In this document: piece after piece, positions 19,726 to 29,321 of the stretch
Position numbering within the stretch: the stretch's first letter is position 1
Layout: each line of letters starts with the position of its first letter
DNA from: Polyangiaceae bacterium
GTDB taxonomy: Bacteria; Myxococcota_A; Polyangia; Polyangiales; Polyangiaceae
Assembly (NCBI GenBank): GCA_965222375.1
Contig: CBDCTZ010000014.1
Span: 256,001 to 320,000 of the forward strand
Length of the DNA stretch: 64,000 nucleotides
Reading direction: 5' to 3'
Position numbers and translations under genes: made by a program
The notes under the pieces: generated by a model
The model's database searches: none
What the model saw: only the letters and a program-made list of their open reading frames with translations
Told to the model about the DNA's origin: nothing

Positions 19726-21306
19726 TCACTCAGGGGCGAAGGTCTTGACCAATTCCCGGAACGCCGTTTCCTCGTGGGCGGCGGGGGCGGTGGTGCGTCG
19801 AAACAGCGATGCCCGATTCTTCTTCGCCTCGCAGGCGAATACCTCGGACGTCTTCTTGATGGGCTCGCTGACCTTCTGGCCCTCGGTGACGGCCTTGGCC
19901 AACTCTGTGAGCGCGGGTGCCATTGCGTCGCATCCTGCCGATGGCTCTGGAAGTTTCAGGTCTTCCATCTCCATCGAGCAGCAGCCATTGCGCACGAGGG
20001 CGAAGGCGGCCATCTCGTACCACCCCAACTTGGAAAAGATGCGCATCGCATCCGTGACTTTGGCGCCTCCGGCACCCTCGACGACCGCCGTGCGCAACTT
20101 GGCTGCACCTTCGCGAGGATCGGCCTCTTTGCACAGCCATTTGAAGTCCGGTGACTTCTTGAACGCCCCCTTGGGCAAGTGCGCAGAGACGCAGGCGGCC
20201 GTGCCGTCCCCAGAGAGGCCGGCGCTTTCCGCAGTGACAGGTTGCTCCGCGAGGGAAACCTGCGCGGCGGATCCCGCCCCGGGCGCGCCCTTCGCGGCTT
20301 CCGGCGCGCTGGACTCGACGGTCTTCACGACGGGTTTGGCACCCATGGCGGAGGTCACGGCCCAAGCCGCGCCGACTCCCACGACGATTCCCACGACGGC
20401 CAGAATGGGGATCCAGCGGCGTCCTTTGCTTTCACGCACGGGTGCCGCCGGCGGCGGTTGTGTGGAGGGTCGGGTCACGGCCGCTGCATCCCTGGGCGGC
20501 GGCGCGCTCGAGCCTGCCGGCAGTGGCGGTGGAATGCTCGCGGTGGCGGGACTCTGCTCCGGCTGCTCGCCGGCGTGGGTCACGAACCAGCGCGCCAAGT
20601 CCCGTTTGAGTTGATGCAAATCGCTACGACCCTGCGGCTCCGAAGACAATGCCACGGCAAGGCATGCTCGAAGGTCTGGGTCTTCGACGCCAGCGGCCTC
20701 TAAGTCGGCTTCGGCCACGATGCCCACCACCGGCGGTGCGCTGCCGGTGAGCATTTGGTGCAGAACTGCGGCGACGGCCCAGGTGTCGTCCTCGACGCTC
20801 GGTGGGCCGTCACTGCCACGCTCGGGACTATGATGTGGAGACAGCGCCTCGGGTGAAGGGCCCCAGGCCAGCACGGGACCACTTCGCGAATCGGGCTCGA
20901 CGATGACGCTTTTGGGATGCACGAAGCCGTGTGCTGCCTTGGCGCCGTGGAGGGTTTCCAAGGCCTCGGCGATGCGCAATGCGCACTTCACCGACTCGAC
21001 TTTGGTCCAGGTGTGGTGCTCGGCGAGCTCCGCTTCGAGGGTGTGGCCCTGGACACGCTCCGCCACCAGAATGTGATTGCCCTCGGTGACGACGTCGCCG
21101 AGCAAGACTGCCAAGTGCAGATGCTGAGTGCCAACTCCCGGCCGGACCTCATGAATCCACTCCCGAGGTGCTGCGAAAGCAATCACCTCGCCCTGGGTCT
21201 CCAAGTCCACTCCTGAGAGGACGCCGGGGCCGACTTCATCGGCCGCCGAATCCATTCTGAACCGCTCAGCTAGGACAATTCCCGGTTCAAGTGGGGTCAA
21301 CGACAT
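19726..21306 (-). CDS. Membrane Ser/Thr kinase-like protein (probable pseudokinase) with Cys-containing extracellular domain
   Basis: PGIVLAERFR start, LVAERVQGHTL, IAEALETLH, SPE, DTWAVA; catalytic motifs degenerate; Pro linker, TM helix, Cys-rich C-terminus. Confidence 0.7.
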   Translation of the reverse strand: MSLTPLEPGIVLAERFRMDSAADEVGPGVLSGVDLETQGEVIAFAAPREWIHEVRPGVGTQHLHLAVLLGDVVTEGNHILVAERVQGHTLEAELAEHHTWTKVESVKCALRIAEALETLHGAKAAHGFVHPKSVIVEPDSRSGPVLAWGPSPEALSPHHSPERGSDGPPSVEDDTWAVAAVLHQMLTGSAPPVVGIVAEADLEAAGVEDPDLRACLAVALSSEPQGRSDLHQLKRDLARWFVTHAGEQPEQSPATASIPPPLPAGSSAPPPRDAAAVTRPSTQPPPAAPVRESKGRRWIPILAVVGIVVGVGAAWAVTSAMGAKPVVKTVESSAPEAAKGAPGAGSAAQVSLAEQPVTAESAGLSGDGTAACVSAHLPKGAFKKSPDFKWLCKEADPREGAAKLRTAVVEGAGGAKVTDAMRIFSKLGWYEMAAFALVRNGCCSMEMEDLKLPEPSAGCDAMAPALTELAKAVTEGQKVSEPIKKTSEVFACEAKKNRASLFRRTTAPAAHEETAFRELVKTFAPE

Positions 21307-21443
21307 TCCCTCAGGGGCGAGCGTCCCACTTCCCGAGCGCCTCGTCCAGCCCGCTGCGAACCGGCGCCCGGGCGCCCAGATTTCGGTGGTGCTGCTCGGA
21401 CTCCGCGATTGCGGACCCGAAGCGGCCAGGCCACGCTTTTTGT

Positions 21444-22040
21444 GTGCCTGACGCTCCTGTTCAGATCCGTTTGGCGACGCCTGCCGACGCTGCGGATTTC
21501 GTTGCCGTCGTGCAGCGCGCTTTCGAAGAGACGCGGGCTTACGAGTTGCCTTCCAGCGCCCTAAACGAGTCCGTGGAGCATGTCCGCCAGGCCCTCGAAG
21601 CAGGCGCGGGGCTGATTGCGACCTCACGGGGCGTCGTGGTGGGTTGCGTCCGCGTCGCCATATCGGGCGCAGGCGCGAACCTGTTGGATGTAGACCTCGC
21701 GTCAGGGCCGCTGCCACAACCACGATGCGGCGTAAGGGTGAGCTTTTCCCGCCTGGGCGTCGTGCCCGAGGCGCGGGATCAGGGGGTCGCCACGGCGATG
21801 CTCGATTTGCTCAGTGACTACGCCCGCGCCATCGGCGCGGAAGCAATCGAATTGACGGCGCGATCTCAACAACCCGACAATCGACCCAAGTGGATTCGAC
21901 GAGGCTATCGCGTCACCCACTACTCCGAGTGTTACGGCATCTCTGACATGGTCACGCACATGCAATGTCAGCTCAACTACGACGCGGAAGGCGCCAACGC
22001 AGCAGAGGGCACGCCGGGCGAGTCGTGCAGCGGCGGCTGA
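21444..22040 (+). CDS. GNAT family acetyltransferase
   Basis: IRLATPADA, VVGCVR, acetyl-CoA motif RLGVVPEARDQGVATAML, RRGY. Confidence 0.8.
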   Translation: MPDAPVQIRLATPADAADFVAVVQRAFEETRAYELPSSALNESVEHVRQALEAGAGLIATSRGVVVGCVRVAISGAGANLLDVDLASGPLPQPRCGVRVSFSRLGVVPEARDQGVATAMLDLLSDYARAIGAEAIELTARSQQPDNRPKWIRRGYRVTHYSECYGISDMVTHMQCQLNYDAEGANAAEGTPGESCSGG

Positions 22041-22102
22041 TAGCCAGCCGTTATCAGCGCATCCGCAGATTCGATTAGACCGAGGACAAGCCACGCTGCA
22101 GT

Positions 22103-23692
22103 GTGGCGTTCATGGATGCACACGACACAGAGGGCGGCAATTGGGTCGACGTCATCGCCGAGGCGGAACTGTCCGAACGTGGGCGCGCAGTCGTCCGAGT
22201 CGGCAAGAAACAATTGGCCGTGTTCCGAACGCCCGAGGGTGTGCGAACCTGCAACAACCGCTGCCCCCACGAAGGTTATCCTCTTGCAGAAGGTAGCCTG
22301 GACGCTGGCTGCATCTTGACCTGCAACTGGCACAACTGGAAGTTCGAGCTGTCCTCCGGCGACAATCTCTTCGGCGGCGATGCACTCCGCACCTATCCCA
22401 CCGAGGTCCGTGACGGCCGCGTCTGGATCGACGCTTCGGATCCGCCGGTGGAGCGGTCTCGACGCAAGCACCTCGCGCGCCTGCTAGAAGCCATCGACGA
22501 CGATTCCTACGATCGAATCGCCCGTGAGGTCGCCCGCCTGCTACGCCTCGACACGGAGCCGGCGGCCATTGTCGCCCATGCCATCTCCCACACCGCTCCC
22601 CACTTGGAGTTCGGTTTCACTCACGCCTTCGCCGCTCTGCCGGATTGGCTCCAGCTCCGGGACGAACTCGCGGAAGATGCGGACAAGCTGGCCTGCTTGG
22701 TCGAGCCTATGGCCCACATGGCGAGGGATACCTTGAGAGAGCCGCGTTTCGAATTCGCCCAAGCCGCTAGGCCCTACTCGCCAGCGGCCCTGCTCGCCGC
22801 CATCGAGGCCGAAGAGCGCGAGCCTTCCGAAGCCCTGGTGCGAGGCGCGCTCGAAGTCGGCGTGCCGGATGCGGAGCTGCGTCCCGTTTTCGCCCGAGCC
22901 GCGCTCTCCCACTACGCGGATTTCGGTCATTCCCTGATCTACACTCAGAAGGCCTTCGAGGCCATCGCTCGCCTGGGACCGTCCGTGCGCGAGCCGCTGC
23001 TGCTGTCTCTCGTGCGCTCCCTCGTCTACGCCCAGCGAGAGGATCTGATCCCGGAGTTCCGAGGTTATGCGCCGGCGCTCCAGAAGTTCGGGACCGAGGC
23101 CGGCGAACTGCTCAGCGTCGACGCCCTGACCCGATCAGGCGTGGATGGTGCGCTGTCGGCGGTGGTCGCCGGTTCCGGTGCTGCGCCTCGAGAGCTCTAC
23201 GATGTGCTGCTCACGGCGAGCGCGCGTCGGGCGCTGTGTTTCGACACCCATTGGGAAAAGCGCTTCGACCGCCCCGTGGCCGACAACGTAGGCTGGCTCA
23301 GTTTCAGCCACCCGCTGACCTTCGCCAACGCCGTCCGGGAGCTGTGCTCGGAAACACCGGAGCTGTGGCCCGCAGGTTTGTTACAGATGGCGTGCTTCGT
23401 CGGGCGCAATCGGCGCTACGTGTCCGAGCAACCCCCCGCCGAGTGCCGGGGCGCTGTCGCGACGAGCTTCACGGAGCTATCCGAAATCGTCTTGGACCAT
23501 GGCAGCGCCGAACCCATTGTCTCGGCTCACGGCATCAAGACTTTCGTCGCTGTTCGGCGCGAGCACGCACTCGGACTGGGGGGGCAGGACTTGCCCCTCG
23601 CCCTCGATCGCATATTGCACAGCCCAATGAAGCGGCGTCACGTTCGCCGCATCGCGCGTCAATCCCTCGCTTTCGTTGCGCGAGAAGACTAG
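22103..23692 (+). CDS. Rieske [2Fe-2S] domain fused to a His-containing helical domain
   Basis: Rieske motifs CPHEGYPL and CNWHNWKF; the C-terminal part has repeated His motifs (GFTHA, DFGHSLIY, FSHPLTFANA, AHGIKT). Confidence 0.8.
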   Translation: MAFMDAHDTEGGNWVDVIAEAELSERGRAVVRVGKKQLAVFRTPEGVRTCNNRCPHEGYPLAEGSLDAGCILTCNWHNWKFELSSGDNLFGGDALRTYPTEVRDGRVWIDASDPPVERSRRKHLARLLEAIDDDSYDRIAREVARLLRLDTEPAAIVAHAISHTAPHLEFGFTHAFAALPDWLQLRDELAEDADKLACLVEPMAHMARDTLREPRFEFAQAARPYSPAALLAAIEAEEREPSEALVRGALEVGVPDAELRPVFARAALSHYADFGHSLIYTQKAFEAIARLGPSVREPLLLSLVRSLVYAQREDLIPEFRGYAPALQKFGTEAGELLSVDALTRSGVDGALSAVVAGSGAAPRELYDVLLTASARRALCFDTHWEKRFDRPVADNVGWLSFSHPLTFANAVRELCSETPELWPAGLLQMACFVGRNRRYVSEQPPAECRGAVATSFTELSEIVLDHGSAEPIVSAHGIKTFVAVRREHALGLGGQDLPLALDRILHSPMKRRHVRRIARQSLAFVARED

Positions 23693-23697
23693 CTGGC

Positions 23698-24854
23698 TCA
23701 GCTGCCCAGGCAGCCGAGAAGAAGTTCGACCTTCGCCGTCGAGTCGTTCTTCACCTTGGTGCACGCCGTCGGGCACAGGATGGCTTGGGTCGGATTGGCG
23801 GGGTTGTCGTAGTAGAAGCCGTCGCCAGTGCAGGCTGCCGCGTTGGGCACCTGCGGGAAGAGTTGGGGCGTTCCCGTTCCGCCCGGCGTGTATTCCACCC
23901 GAACCTTGGTCCAGTCGATGATGCCGCCTGGTTGCTGCTGAGGTGGCGTGAGCAACTCACAGGCTACCGAAGAAACGATGTTGTTGGCGATATTGTTGAA
24001 CACCACGGAGTATTCCTTGTCGCAGACGGGGTGGCGCAGGCCGAACGTGAGCTTGCTCAAGTCTTGATATCGGGAGCCGGTGTTTACGGCGGTTGAACAT
24101 TTGGACGTGCCCACCGGTGCAGGGGTGTCTTGACGCCGACGATCGAGTGGAAGACGTAGTTTCGGGCAGCCTTCGTTCCAAAGTAGCCCGCGCCGTTGCC
24201 CGTCGTCAGGAACGTGTCGAAGGTACTGGCAGTTACCGAGGACTGGTCATCCGTCACTTCGATGAAAGCCTTGAACGCTGCGGGTCGCAGATGTGCTTTG
24301 ATCTTGTTCCAGTTCGACGAGTTCATGAACTTGGACAGCGAGTCAGTGCTGAAAATTGTGACGTTTTCTTGGAAGAAAATTGGCGGGTTGTCCTGGCCGC
24401 AACTGGATGCGCCAAGGCTTGGCAGTACGCACACCGGTCGCGTGGAGTAGTTCGCGTTCACGAACATGATCACCCGATAGTCCAGCCCGCTGGCCTGGAT
24501 GATACTCGCGAAGTTGCCGTTCACGTTGGCCTTCACCTGATTGATCTCTTTGCTCATGGAGCAGGACTGATCGATGATCCAAATGATATCCACCGGTGGG
24601 TTGGCTGCTTGTGCCGTGACAGATGCGCACGCCTCAGGCGCACCGGCGTCAGGCGGGTCGTACACGAAGGTGACATCCGGAAGGCCGCCGTCGCCAGGGC
24701 CACCGCCCGCGGCTGTTCCGGCACTCACTCGAACGACTCGATCAACTCGGGCCGGCCGGCTCTGTCTGGGTGCAGGATGCCGGCTAACTCCCCGCCCCGG
24801 CGAGGTTGCCGGTCGACAGCCCCCAAGCGAACTAGCGCTGCGAGGGCGCAACAA
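23698..24854 (-). pseudogene. Frameshifted vWA-domain protein of myxobacterial type (two ORF-track pieces)
   Basis: PVDIIWIIDQSCSM (MIDAS) ... VTDD ... FHSIVG is in one frame; KCSTAVNTGSRY...PVC...LCPTACTKV...GC is in another. One extra C in the CCCC run near 24122-24125 joins them. No clear signal peptide. Confidence 0.7.
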
Positions 24855-25084
24855 TTGGTGGCTCCTTCACTTCCTGCGTGAGGACGGCCGAGGCTGGTAT
24901 CCCGGGTTGAGCATCTGGGCGGATCTTGGGTTTGGGGGTCGGAGCGACCCTGCTCGGCACCGGGGCGCTACTCTCGCGCTGGCCCAAGCGGGGGCGGCCG
25001 CGCGGAGCCTCACTGCAGCACGCTATATCGACCTCGCCGCGGGCGATGGCGCCGCGCCGTCGTCGTGGCATAGGGGAGCGCGAG

Positions 25085-27481
25085 ATGTTGGCGGACGGTG
25101 ACAGGGAGGTGCTGCGCGAGCGCGCGGGACGAGATCTGGAGTGGCCTCGGTTAATGGATCACATCGCCGGTTTCGCCCTCGGTGAGGTGGCCGTGGAGCG
25201 GCTCCGCACGCTGCGCCCCCCTGTCGACAAGCACGAGTGCGATGTCGCGCATGCCTTGACATCGAGCGCCCTCGCGCTGGCAGAGGACGACGCCGCGGTG
25301 CCCGCAGTGGCGCTGCCGGATTTGGGCCACGTTCTAGGTCGAGCGCGGGTCAGCGGCGCATTGAGTGGCGAGGAGCTTTGTGGCGTATTGCAGGTGCTCG
25401 GCCATGCCCATGACTTGCGGCGCTACGCTGCGGCTCACGCTGAGGCTCACGCCGAGTTGTCTTCAGCCCTGCGCAGTGAGTCCTCTCTGGATGCCATCCG
25501 GGATGTGCTCCGAGACTCGCTGACTGAAGACGGTGACGTCGCCGATGCAGCGTCACCGGTTTTGGCCCGAGCGCGTCAAGCCGTAGTCGACTGCCGTCGA
25601 CAGCTCTCGACTCAGTTGCGACGGTTGGTGTCTCGCTACGCTGACTATTTGAGTCAGGCCTATTCGACCGAGCGCGAAGGTCGGCCAGTGCTGCCTGTGC
25701 GCGCTGACGCCGCGTCGCAAGTGCCTGGAATGGTGCTCGGCTCCAGCGCTTCCGGTGCCACCCTATTTGTCGAGCCCGCGCAGGTCAGCGAACTCGCGAA
25801 TCGGCTGCACTACGCCTTGGCGGAGGTGGAGCGGGAACGGGAGCGCGTTTTGCGGCGGCTTTCGGATCTGGTGGCCGCGCAGGTGGACGAGTTGGAAGTG
25901 GCCCACGAGGCTTGCGTCCTGTCGGATCGGCTGCACGCGCTGATGACCTGGGCTGCCCGCACGGAGTCTGTCGCCCTCGCGCCCCAGAGCGATCGCTGCC
26001 TGTCCCTTCTCAGCATGCGTCACCCGCTCTTGTTGGTTCAGGGCGCCGACGTCGTAGCCAACGACATCAGTCTCGATAGCGGCTCTGCGCTCGTGATTTC
26101 AGGACCCAACGCTGGCGGCAAGACGGTCGCTCTCAAGTGCCTGGGTTTGGCGGTTTGGATGGTCCGCGCCGGCATTCCAGTTCCAGCCAGCCGACAAAGC
26201 CACATTGGCTTCTTCGACAGCGTGCTGTCGGCGATGGCGGATGAGCAGTCTCTCAGTATGAATCTGTCGACTTTCAGCGCTCACCTGACCACTCTCGCCC
26301 AGTTCCTGAGCATCTCGGAGCAGGGCACGCTGGTGCTGCTGGACGAAGTGTGTGTCGGCACTGACCCGGAAGAGGGAGCGGCTCTCGCCGTGGCCGTAGT
26401 CGAAGCGCTTGTCGACCGCGGTGCCGCCGTCGCAGTCACGACGCACTACGAGCGACTGAAGGAGCACGCAGCAGAGGAGAAGCGGTTCCGCAACGCGTCC
26501 GTGGGGCTGAACGTCGAGACTTTTGCTCCGACCTTTCGCCTGGACTTGGGCGTACCGGGGCCTTCCAGCGCTTTGCTCGTCGCCGAGCGCTTCGGGATCG
26601 AAAGCGACATCGTGCGGCGTGCGGAAGAGCTCGTGCCAGAACATGCCTTGCGCCGAGAGTCCCTGCTTCGAGAACTTTCCATGGCACTGACCACGGCTGC
26701 CGAGCGTGAACGTGCTCTTTCGGAGGAGTTGCTGCGACAGCGCGAGTTGCGACTGGAGTTGGAAGACGAGCGCCAAACCGTCCGCGACAAGGAGCGGCGT
26801 CGACTGGTGAGAGAAGGCGCCGAGTTGGCCACGGAAGTCCGGAACGCGCGCTCGGAGCTGCGGCGTCTGATGCAAGAGGTCAAGTCCTCCAACGCCAGCG
26901 TGGACGCCGCAAAGCGGGCTGACCGAGCTCTCGATCGTGCGATGCACCCCGTCGCCATCGGCGGCAAGTTGGCGCGCCTGAACGAAAAGCCTGCTCCCAG
27001 TCCGGCGGCTCCCGCAAAACTCGAGGTGGGCACACGGGCGCACTTGGCGCGCCTTGGCGTCGACGTGGAGATCTTGGAGCGAAAGAGCTCCCGAGAGCTG
27101 AGGGTCTTGGCCGGCACCCTGAAGCTCTGGGTGAAGGAAGAGGAACTGGCGTTCCGACAGGGAGCTACAAAACGTGAAAGGCCCAAGCAGACGCGAAAGA
27201 AGAGCCGGGCTTTGGACGGCTTCGTGGCCGTACGCGTGGAGGCCAACACCTTGGATTTGCGCGGGATCCGGGTGGAAGAGGGACTCGAGCGGGTCGAGGT
27301 TTTCGTGGATCGGCTGCTGCAGTCCGGCGAGCGCGCTGGGTTCGTGCTGCACGGCCACGGGACGGGCGCCATGAAGGCAGCCGTTCGGGAGCACCTCCCG
27401 AGCCTCGCTCCGGTCCGTCGCAGCGAACCCGCAACCCAGGACGATGGCGGAGACGCGTTCACCGTCTTCTATTTAGAGTAG
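25085..27481 (+). CDS. mutS2: MutS2 family endonuclease / ribosome-collision factor with Smr domain
   Basis: DLEW, SASGATLFVEP, RHPLL, Walker A SGPNAGGKT, DEQS...LSTFS, LLDE..GTDP, TTHY, Smr LDLRG...HGHGTG. ATG 25085 follows GGGGAG. Confidence 0.92.
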   Translation: MLADGDREVLRERAGRDLEWPRLMDHIAGFALGEVAVERLRTLRPPVDKHECDVAHALTSSALALAEDDAAVPAVALPDLGHVLGRARVSGALSGEELCGVLQVLGHAHDLRRYAAAHAEAHAELSSALRSESSLDAIRDVLRDSLTEDGDVADAASPVLARARQAVVDCRRQLSTQLRRLVSRYADYLSQAYSTEREGRPVLPVRADAASQVPGMVLGSSASGATLFVEPAQVSELANRLHYALAEVERERERVLRRLSDLVAAQVDELEVAHEACVLSDRLHALMTWAARTESVALAPQSDRCLSLLSMRHPLLLVQGADVVANDISLDSGSALVISGPNAGGKTVALKCLGLAVWMVRAGIPVPASRQSHIGFFDSVLSAMADEQSLSMNLSTFSAHLTTLAQFLSISEQGTLVLLDEVCVGTDPEEGAALAVAVVEALVDRGAAVAVTTHYERLKEHAAEEKRFRNASVGLNVETFAPTFRLDLGVPGPSSALLVAERFGIESDIVRRAEELVPEHALRRESLLRELSMALTTAAERERALSEELLRQRELRLELEDERQTVRDKERRRLVREGAELATEVRNARSELRRLMQEVKSSNASVDAAKRADRALDRAMHPVAIGGKLARLNEKPAPSPAAPAKLEVGTRAHLARLGVDVEILERKSSRELRVLAGTLKLWVKEEELAFRQGATKRERPKQTRKKSRALDGFVAVRVEANTLDLRGIRVEEGLERVEVFVDRLLQSGERAGFVLHGHGTGAMKAAVREHLPSLAPVRRSEPATQDDGGDAFTVFYLE

Positions 27482-27536
27482 CCGGGCGCCAGCGGCCCTT
27501 GCCCGCGCTCGCGGTGCGGAGTACGGCTGTCTCGGG

Positions 27537-28496
27537 ATGTCGGGCAGCTTCCGCTTGGGTTGGGTCGTCGCATTGATGAGTGCCTTGCTCTTACTCGCTT
27601 GCGGCGGGCCGCCCGCCGCGACGGTTGGCCCGCATCTGGAGAACGTGAGCGCGGCGCCCGACTTCAGCGCCCCGGATGAAACAGGGAAGCTCCGCAGCCT
27701 CAGCGAGTTCCGCGGTCGCGCCTTGGTCCTCTATTTCTATCCGAAGGACGGCACGCCGGGCTGCACCAAAGAAGCTTGCGCCTTTCGAGATGCGTGGGAC
27801 CGCCTTCGCGAAGCTGGCGCAGCAGTGGTCGGAGTGTCCGTGGACTCGGTGGCTTCGCACGCTGCCTTCAAGCGCACGCATTTGTTGCCCTTCCCACTGC
27901 TGTCAGATCCAGAAGGCAAGATCTTGAGCGCCTATGGTGTGCCGACGTCGCCCCAGGGGTACGCTGCTCGCACAACGTTCATCATCGATTCCCGCGGCAT
28001 GATACGTCGCATCTTCCCCGAGGTGGATCCTGCCGTGCATGTGGAAGAGGTCCTCCCGGTACTGTCACAACTCGCTCAGGAAAGCATGACTGGCAAACAA
28101 CCCCGCGCTCCCGATGCCGAGCCATCGCCGCCCCCCACCGCAACCAAAGAACCGGCGCCGCCCGCAGCGCCCAAAGCCGCCGCCGCCCCCTCGGGCTTAC
28201 GAGCCTGGGTGATCTTTCTCGAGCCCGTGCGGCCGGAGATGGTAACCGCTCCGACCAAAGACGAAGAGGCCAAGGTCGGCGCGCATTTCGAATACCTGAA
28301 GCGCCTTCAGGCGGAAGGGATTCTGGTGATGGCAGGGCCCACCCTCGAGCCGCCGCAAGTTGGCCTCGTCATCTTTCGGGCGGTGGATCGCGCGCAGGCT
28401 GAACGCATCCTCGCGAGTGACCCGGCGGTTGCTGGCGGCGTGTTCCGTGCTCGGATGCAGGAACTCAAACTTAGCCTGTTGGGCGAGCTGAAGTAG
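27537..28496 (+). CDS. Lipoprotein: BCP/PrxQ-type peroxiredoxin fused to a YCII-like domain
   Basis: Lipobox LLA-C; YFYPKDGTPGCTKEAC; FPLLSD; Pro/Ala linker; YCII-like HFEYL...AGP...DPAV. Confidence 0.85.
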   Translation: MSGSFRLGWVVALMSALLLLACGGPPAATVGPHLENVSAAPDFSAPDETGKLRSLSEFRGRALVLYFYPKDGTPGCTKEACAFRDAWDRLREAGAAVVGVSVDSVASHAAFKRTHLLPFPLLSDPEGKILSAYGVPTSPQGYAARTTFIIDSRGMIRRIFPEVDPAVHVEEVLPVLSQLAQESMTGKQPRAPDAEPSPPPTATKEPAPPAAPKAAAAPSGLRAWVIFLEPVRPEMVTAPTKDEEAKVGAHFEYLKRLQAEGILVMAGPTLEPPQVGLVIFRAVDRAQAERILASDPAVAGGVFRARMQELKLSLLGELK

Positions 28497-28498
28497 CC

Positions 28499-29050
28499 TT
28501 AGCTGCGGCAGCTGCCGCTGCGGCACTCTTGACCGCTGGGGCAAGCGACGCCGCAGGCGCCACAGTTCTCTTCATCTTCATCCAGGTCGGCGCAGCCCGA
28601 GGCACAGCAGGTTTCTCCGCCGCCACAACTATCGCCGCCGTTGCAGGAACACTTGGCGTTGCCGCCACTGCCCTCACATATTTCGCCGTTCCGGCAGCCA
28701 TCGCCCCCGCAACGGCAACGGTCATTCCGGCAGTCCGCCCCGCTGCCGCCGCACTGCGCCGCCTGAGAGCAGCCGCAGTCGCCGTTCTGGCAAGTGAGCG
28801 CACCGGGGCACTTCGCGTTACAAGCGCCGCAATGCTGAGTGTTGCTGTCCGTGTCTACACAGCTGTCGCCACAGCGGGTCAGGCCTGCGCCGCACGCCGC
28901 CGCGTCGCCTTTGCTTCCACCAGTGCCCGTAGAGCCGCCCGCCGCCGCGTCGCCGTCCGCGAAATCGAATTCGTCGAAGTCGTTGGTGCAGGCGGCCGCT
29001 ACCAGCGTGACTCCTGCAAGCAGGGCAGCGGTTCTGAGTAGAGTCTTCAT
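28499..29050 (-). CDS. Cys-rich lipoprotein
   Basis: MKTLLRTAALLAGVTLVAAA-C; two CVD..D..(H/N)CGAC...C modules. Confidence 0.8.
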   Translation of the reverse strand: MKTLLRTAALLAGVTLVAAACTNDFDEFDFADGDAAAGGSTGTGGSKGDAAACGAGLTRCGDSCVDTDSNTQHCGACNAKCPGALTCQNGDCGCSQAAQCGGSGADCRNDRCRCGGDGCRNGEICEGSGGNAKCSCNGGDSCGGGETCCASGCADLDEDEENCGACGVACPSGQECRSGSCRS

Positions 29051-29078
29051 GATCGGCATATGCTGTAGGGCAGTTGGT

Positions 29079-29255
29079 TCATCTTCGTGCATTGGGTCTG
29101 GCTGGGACAAACATTCGGGCTACTGCGCTGCCGCCCCCGCTAGATGATGTTCCGGCCCCGCCGCCTTCGAACTCGAAGCCGTCGAAGTCGTTCGTGCATG
29201 CCGCTGCCATCGCCGCAGGCAGCACGAATGCCCACCATTTGGAAATGCCCGTCAC
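29079..29255 (-). CDS. 58-aa lipoprotein-like ORF, truncated paralogue of the downstream gene
   Basis: Manual translation: VTGISKWWAFVLPAAMAAACTNDFDGFEFEGGGAGTSSSGGGSAVARMFVPARPNARR*. Shares AAACTNDFD.F.F with 28499..29050. Confidence 0.5.
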   Translation of the reverse strand: MTGISKWWAFVLPAAMAAACTNDFDGFEFEGGGAGTSSSGGGSAVARMFVPARPNARR

Positions 29256-29321
29256 AATAGACAGGATCGCATAGTCACCGGCTCCAGGCCAGCAGCCCGA
29301 TCACCACTCGGAAATCTCGCG

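Noticed and set aside
24900..25084. N-terminal extension of MutS2, or a relic reading WADLGFGVGATLLGTGALL
   Set aside because: MutS2 homology starts at ATG 25085. The hydrophobic piece needs a frameshift and is too short to call.
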